Shown here: positions 59,087 through 64,000 of the stretch, piece after piece
How positions within the stretch are numbered: position 1 is the first letter of the stretch
Layout: each line of letters starts with the position of its first letter
Origin: Bacteroidia bacterium
Lineage (GTDB): Bacteria > Bacteroidota > Bacteroidia > SXHM01
Assembly: GCA_022072225.1 (NCBI GenBank)
Contig: JAJVIC010000006.1
Location: 73,785-137,784, forward strand
Length of the DNA: 64,000 bases
Direction: 5' to 3'
Position numbers and translations under genes: made by a program
The notes under the pieces: generated by a model
What the model was told of the DNA's origin: nothing
Database searches by the model: none
What the model saw: the letters and a program-made list of their open reading frames with translations, nothing else

Positions 59087-59794
59087 ATGAATATTGTAAT
59101 TATCGGAGGTACAAAAGGGCTCGGTATGGTTATAAGTAAAACCATATCCAATAAATCCGATAAGTTGATTATTACATATAATAGGGATGAATTCAATGCC
59201 ACTGCGGCACTTAATGAGCTAAAAAAAATCAATAAAAAAACTTTTTTGTATCAGGTTGATATCTCAGACCTGAAATCTATAGAACACTTAAAATATTCTT
59301 TAACGAAGCGCTTTGGTCAGATACATATATTAATTAATAATGTAGGAATTAATCAAAGAGAAAGGCTTTCAGAGATAACTGAAAATAGCTGGAATGAAAT
59401 TATAAATACAAATCTTACAGGTACTTTCTGGACGTGCAAATTATTTGGAGAACATATGTTTGAAAATAAAACCGGCTCAATAGTAAATATTAGTTCTACC
59501 GCAGGTATAAAACCATTTCCTAAATCATATCATTATGTTGCAGCTAAATCTGGGATTATATCTTTAACAAAGGCATTGGCAAAAGAGCTATCTCCATTTG
59601 TAAGAATTAATTCAGTGGCTCCTGGTTATATTGAGAGTCCAGGCAAGAAAAAAGATTTAAAATTACAGCAAGAAATACCTTTAAAGAGATATGGTAAAGC
59701 CATTGAGATTGCAAAAACTGTTAGCTTTATTGCTAAGGATGCAACATACATAACCGGACAAACTATTGTAGTAGACGGAGGAATGACATTATGA
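59087..59794 (+). CDS. SDR-family oxidoreductase
   Basis: IGGTKGLG, INNVG, YVAAK, ITGQTIVVDGG. Confidence 0.92.
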   Translation: MNIVIIGGTKGLGMVISKTISNKSDKLIITYNRDEFNATAALNELKKINKKTFLYQVDISDLKSIEHLKYSLTKRFGQIHILINNVGINQRERLSEITENSWNEIINTNLTGTFWTCKLFGEHMFENKTGSIVNISSTAGIKPFPKSYHYVAAKSGIISLTKALAKELSPFVRINSVAPGYIESPGKKKDLKLQQEIPLKRYGKAIEIAKTVSFIAKDATYITGQTIVVDGGMTL

Positions 59795-59813
59795 TAAAAT
59801 CTTAATTTATCTT

Positions 59814-60785
59814 ATGAAAAAACTTAAACTCAATAATTCTATAAAATTTTCATTAAAGCCAACCTCTCCATTTGCATTTGAAGGCACATTTTATAAGCCA
59901 TCGCATTTTCCTACACCTGACAGAAAATATTCAGATAATGTTTACTGGCAATCTTTAAATTTTAAAAATCAGTTATATGGTATTAAATTAAAAAGTATAG
60001 GCACCACCGCCAAACCTAATATAGAAGGTACTCTCTATTATAACGGTAAAGTAACAGATAAAACTATAGAAGAAATAAAGAATGAACTGTCTTTCAGGTT
60101 TGATTTAAATGCGAATCTTTCAGAAATGATAGATTTAGGAAAACGTGATGACCTTTTAACTCAGGCAATGAAAACAAGAAAAGGAATGCGGGTGTGCACA
60201 CCATATTCCTTATATGAATTTTTGGTTATTACAACTGTTTTGCAAAATACCACTGTTAGGCGTTCTGTGCAAATGATGAATAATCTTTTTACAACTTATG
60301 GTACATTGTTAAAATTTGATGATGTTGAGCTTTATGGTTTCTGGAATATTGATGCTCTTAATAATGCCTCAGAAGAGGATTTGCGAAACTTGAAGCTTGG
60401 TTACAGAGCCAAGATTTTTAAAAAACAAGCAGAAATGTTTCTAACTGATAAATACGTCACCGAAAAATTAAGAACTTTATCGAAAGAAAATTTAAGAAAA
60501 ACTTTATTAGCCATATATGGCGTGGGGCCTGCTTCAGTTCAGTATTTATTATTTGAAGTCTTTCATTTTTATGACGCCTGTGAATTCCTGCCCCCGTGGG
60601 AGCAAAAAATTTATTCACAATTATTATTTTCTCAGGATATAGTGGATTCCGAAAAAATACTAAAAAGGATTCATGAAAGATGGGGTAAATGGAAAATGTT
60701 AGCTATGCATTATATTTTTGAAGATTTATTTTGGCGGCATAAACAAGAAAATATTCCATGGCTAAAACAACTGATACGCCTTTAA
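59814..60785 (+). CDS. AlkA/Ogg1-like HhH-GPD DNA glycosylase family protein
   Basis: YEFLVITTVLQN, LGYRAK, HhH LLAIYGVGPAS, WGKWK. Confidence 0.8.
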   Translation: MKKLKLNNSIKFSLKPTSPFAFEGTFYKPSHFPTPDRKYSDNVYWQSLNFKNQLYGIKLKSIGTTAKPNIEGTLYYNGKVTDKTIEEIKNELSFRFDLNANLSEMIDLGKRDDLLTQAMKTRKGMRVCTPYSLYEFLVITTVLQNTTVRRSVQMMNNLFTTYGTLLKFDDVELYGFWNIDALNNASEEDLRNLKLGYRAKIFKKQAEMFLTDKYVTEKLRTLSKENLRKTLLAIYGVGPASVQYLLFEVFHFYDACEFLPPWEQKIYSQLLFSQDIVDSEKILKRIHERWGKWKMLAMHYIFEDLFWRHKQENIPWLKQLIRL

Positions 60786-61849
60786 ATGAACAAAAACGAC
60801 CAAAAAGCCGAGTAGCTCGGTTAGTTAATATTATTGTATTGCTTGGTATTAAAGGTTCACTTACCGCTGAAGAACTATCGGAAAAACTTAAAGTAACAAA
60901 AAGAACAGTTTACAGAGATGTTGAAGCTCTTAATTCCTGGGGACTTAAAATTAAATCGAGTGCAGGGGTTGGGGGTGGATATCAATTACCGCCAGAAATA
61001 AAAATGAATTTATCAGCACTTACAGCTTCGGAAATCTCTTTTATAGGAGCAGGATCACTAGCAATAAAAGATTTCATAGACTTACATGAAGATGTTTACA
61101 ATTTTGAAATAACAAAGGAAAAATTAAGCAGTGGCCTGCCTCCTTCATTAAAACCAGTATTTGATAAATATAATAGTTGCTTTTATTTTGACCCTTCCCG
61201 ATGGTATAAGAAATATACCCTTTCAAACCATTTAAAATTATTGAGAGACGCAGTTATCGATGATTTTCAAATTAATATTTCATATAAAGAAATTAATAAT
61301 AATGAACGCAATGATTCTATCAATCCATACGGTCTAGTTTATAAATCTGATACATGGTATCTTGTCGGCTTATCTCAGTCTGACAAGACTATAAAGCGTT
61401 GGAATGTTACAAGATTAAATACTCTTGAGAAGTTAAATACTAATTTTAAAAGACCGGAGGGGTTTTCGTTAAAAGAATGGTGGACAAATGAACTGGAAGA
61501 ATTTGGAAAAGGCAATGTCAAGGTTTCATTAAAAATAAGTAAGGATGCAATGCACAGGTTTTCTCGATTTCAGTGGAAAGCAAATAATAAGTTTTATGAT
61601 AATGATAACTCAATCATTGTTGAGTTAATGGTTGATAATTATAACTGGCTTATAGATATTGTCCTTGTTAGTCAGGGAAAGGTTACTGTTATTGAACCGG
61701 AAGACTTAAAATCAAAAATTCAAAATATTGCATCTACCATAAATATTAGCCACTCATTTCCTGATAGTCCCTTAATTGATAATAAAAAAACGATAAACAT
61801 AAGTGATCTTGAAGCTTTGAGTTTATCGGAGGGTAAAGGAGATGAATAA
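60758..61849 (+). CDS. HTH-WYL-WCX transcriptional regulator (YafY/PafB-like)
   Basis: LTAEELSEKLKVTKRTVYRDVEAL, GGGYQL, PYGLVYKSDTWYLVG. Confidence 0.92.
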   Translation: MAKTTDTPLNEQKRPKSRVARLVNIIVLLGIKGSLTAEELSEKLKVTKRTVYRDVEALNSWGLKIKSSAGVGGGYQLPPEIKMNLSALTASEISFIGAGSLAIKDFIDLHEDVYNFEITKEKLSSGLPPSLKPVFDKYNSCFYFDPSRWYKKYTLSNHLKLLRDAVIDDFQINISYKEINNNERNDSINPYGLVYKSDTWYLVGLSQSDKTIKRWNVTRLNTLEKLNTNFKRPEGFSLKEWWTNELEEFGKGNVKVSLKISKDAMHRFSRFQWKANNKFYDNDNSIIVELMVDNYNWLIDIVLVSQGKVTVIEPEDLKSKIQNIASTINISHSFPDSPLIDNKKTINISDLEALSLSEGKGDE

Positions 61850-61850
61850 G

Positions 61851-61866
61851 TGACAAACAGTTGTCA
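61851..61866. promoter_or_regulatory. Third TGACA-N6-TGTCA box
   Basis: TGACA-aacagt-TGTCA upstream of TAAATTTG -7 box (61909-61916). Confidence 0.7.
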
Positions 61867-61937
61867 TTTATAATATTGATTGTTTAATCATGCAATGAAA
61901 ATGAGTAATAAATTTGTTCAGAATATTTTATATTATC

Positions 61938-62588
61938 ATGAACAAAAAGGTTACTATACTGATTAGACATGCCGAATCTGTTAAGAACACGTTAAATATT
62001 TTTAGTGACATTAAACAGAAACAGCCCCTGACTGAAAAAGGTTATAATCAGGCACAAAAGATAGCCCACTTTCTTAAAACTATTTCTTCTTTTAGTTTTC
62101 CTAACGGAATTCATATTTATAGTGATACAGACATTCGCACTTTTCATACAGCAGAAATAATCTCTGACGCTTTAAAAGTAAAGCATTCAGTTGCAGATTT
62201 TGAGTCAATTAATGTTGGCTTATTGAAGGGGGTATCTGAAGAAACGGTAAAAAAAACTTATCCTGAATTAGCTGAAAAAGAAGATTTGTACAGGCTCGGG
62301 AAAATTGATGGGTATGAAATAGAATACCCCGAAGGTGATACCATTCAATCTTTTCAAAGAAAAAAAGTAAATACCTATAAAGAAATTTGGAAGGATTCTA
62401 ATAGTTCAGCACTAATTATAGTGACCCATCAATCCGTTATTGGTGCTATATTAAACCATTATAATAAGATAGAAAATAAAGACAGTTTATACCGGTTTAT
62501 ACCAGTAGACTTTTGCAGCATTTCCACATTAGCGCATACTTCGGCAGGTGATGGAAAAATAGGTTGCATAAATTACACTCCCACATAA
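61938..62588 (+). CDS. Histidine phosphatase family protein
   Basis: LIRHAES, PLTEKG, IVTHQ. Confidence 0.88.
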   Translation: MNKKVTILIRHAESVKNTLNIFSDIKQKQPLTEKGYNQAQKIAHFLKTISSFSFPNGIHIYSDTDIRTFHTAEIISDALKVKHSVADFESINVGLLKGVSEETVKKTYPELAEKEDLYRLGKIDGYEIEYPEGDTIQSFQRKKVNTYKEIWKDSNSSALIIVTHQSVIGAILNHYNKIENKDSLYRFIPVDFCSISTLAHTSAGDGKIGCINYTPT

Positions 62589-62610
62589 GCCAACCCATTG
62601 TCTCTAAATC

Positions 62611-62769
62611 TCACCTGAGGCTCATCAGAAAGAAAAAGATTCCCATCACAGCTACAATTATAAGTACGTAGAAACACTTTTGGTTTTCTGTGATTTTCAG
62701 AAATTCAGGGTCATTGGGTTCGTTTGGATGGAAAACTATATCAAACAAAGCGGCTATATATTTCTTCAT
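62611..62769 (-). CDS. 52-aa single-TM protein
   Basis: PNEPNDPEFLK motif shared with 23724-23885. Confidence 0.8.
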   Translation of the reverse strand: MKKYIAALFDIVFHPNEPNDPEFLKITENQKCFYVLIIVAVMGIFFFLMSLR

Positions 62770-62773
62770 AGGT

Positions 62774-62998
62774 TTAAGCTGCTCTATTGGGAATAAGTGG
62801 TACAGGCTCAAATGCTCGCATATCACGCAATCGGTTGCCTGAAAGGTTGTATTCTACTTCTACTACAAAATCGTATAGTAGATAATATTTCCAGATGCAT
62901 TTACCGTACTCTACTCGTTCTTCAACATATTTTCCTTTTGTCTGAATGAGGCTTGCTCGTCTTTGAAGCGAGAGCATATTAAATTCAACATTGTTCAT
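62774..62998 (-). CDS. Conserved 74-aa hypothetical protein
   Basis: Homologue of 23882-24103. Confidence 0.8.
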   Translation of the reverse strand: MNNVEFNMLSLQRRASLIQTKGKYVEERVEYGKCIWKYYLLYDFVVEVEYNLSGNRLRDMRAFEPVPLIPNRAA

Positions 62999-63026
62999 AC
63001 TTTTATTTTGTGTTGCACTAATTAAT

Positions 63027-63968
63027 TTATACAGATTTTACAGCCTTTTCCGCCTTAAAACTTTCTACAGGAGAAAAAGAGTCCAATCTGCCGGTACTTT
63101 CAATCCTGAGCGCATAATAATTGCCATTATAATATAAGCCTTTATCACCGTAGGTCCTAAAATCAAGCTTCTTCGACAGTCTGTCTTCAATTTTATCTTC
63201 TAAATTTTCTATTGCAATCTTTAATACGCGCTGAATATCTTTCTGATTATATTGAAACTTTGATTTTAACTTAAATGCGCCTTCAGGCTGGAGTTCATCA
63301 CAATGCCGTAGATAAACATGTAGATAGCTTTTAAAATCCATATATACAGGGTGTTTTGTATTGTACACAGAAAGCACTTCGTCTTCAAAAGTTATGGCTG
63401 ATTTAAGCACTTCAACGTAAATTTCAGGATGCTCCCGAACGAAAATGGCAATATCAGTGATGCCGCTTCTTTTTAATTCTTCCTTGAATATATCAAGTCT
63501 CTGAATGGTTCTGTTTCTCAGTAAGACAGAAAATTCTTCATCTTCTTCTTTAGAGATTTTTTGAGCATATGTTTTGGCAGCTAATTCATAGAACCGCACT
63601 TCTTTCCTTACCAATCCACCCGGTGTATAAATTTTGTCTTTGAAAAGACCTATTGAGGCTGTCTCTTGAGTATACAAAAAATAACCACAGAACTCGTCCC
63701 ATTCTCTTTGTATCAGGGTATATCCATCAGTAAATTTCTGTTTATGCAAGTAATGCCCCAACTGAGCCGGGGTAATTCCTGTATCATCAAAGGGCACATA
63801 GATAGTATTAGGGATTTCTTTTCGACCTTTCTGTGCATAAGCATTTACTTCAGGATGAATATTCAGTACCGATAATTCATAAATATCTCCGCTACTAAAA
63901 CCATTTTGTATTAGTTCACGATGTTGATCTCTATTTAATTTATAATTTGATGATGCTCTTAGTTTCAC
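63027..63968 (-). CDS. Hypothetical protein
   Basis: 313-aa ORF; no motif recognised. Confidence 0.7.
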   Translation of the reverse strand: MKLRASSNYKLNRDQHRELIQNGFSSGDIYELSVLNIHPEVNAYAQKGRKEIPNTIYVPFDDTGITPAQLGHYLHKQKFTDGYTLIQREWDEFCGYFLYTQETASIGLFKDKIYTPGGLVRKEVRFYELAAKTYAQKISKEEDEEFSVLLRNRTIQRLDIFKEELKRSGITDIAIFVREHPEIYVEVLKSAITFEDEVLSVYNTKHPVYMDFKSYLHVYLRHCDELQPEGAFKLKSKFQYNQKDIQRVLKIAIENLEDKIEDRLSKKLDFRTYGDKGLYYNGNYYALRIESTGRLDSFSPVESFKAEKAVKSV

Positions 63969-64000
63969 ACTTCCGTTTGTCCTGGGTATCTCCTTCGAGT

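Larger units (their letters stand above)
25976..64000. mobile_element. Integrative element copy 2 (continues beyond window)
   Basis: Repeats the ptuAB, core and small-ORF order of copy 1 with different cargo; left boundary inferred. Confidence 0.65.

Noticed and set aside
1..64000. Duplication as an assembly artefact
   Set aside because: The copies differ by many synonymous substitutions, a compensated hairpin, different recombinase alleles and unrelated cargo.
1..64000. CRISPR array, tRNA or rRNA
   Set aside because: No regularly spaced repeats, cloverleaf or rRNA-like sequence found by eye.

Overview
AT-rich, Bacteroidota-like DNA (several TAnnTTTG -7 promoter boxes). The window is almost entirely mobile and accessory. 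It holds two diverged tandem relatives of one integrative element, offset by 41,256 bp at the Septu genes and about 42,860-42,880 bp at the core. The backbone seen twice is: Septu-like ptuA-ptuB, [cargo slot A], DNA MTase, RadC/JAB, truncated N-6 MTase, VirD4-like ATPase, large serine recombinase, small ORF, phage-O-like Rep with iterons, XRE-HTH, RuvC-like gene, [cargo slot B], and two small conserved ORFs. A second serine recombinase (24460-25986) ends at an inferred att-like junction near 25975. After it come a highly structured ~400-nt non-coding region, a transglutaminase-like/RHS-core toxin-immunity cassette, a pentapeptide protein, an Mrr-like nuclease, a VirD4-like ATPase-nuclease fusion and GmrSD. 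Slot A holds a 1350-aa unknown nuclease-tailed protein in copy 1 and a tightly coupled xseA-xseB-gajA-gajB (Exonuclease VII + Gabija) operon in copy 2. Slot B holds a PRTase/ribokinase/HAD/amidase cluster behind a perfect 44-bp palindrome in copy 1, and a WYL-associated radical-SAM/glycosylase cluster with three TGACA-N6-TGTCA boxes in copy 2. No relaxase, VirB channel, capsid gene, rRNA, tRNA or CRISPR array was seen. All calls come from reading motifs by eye; no database search was run, so novelty is unverified.
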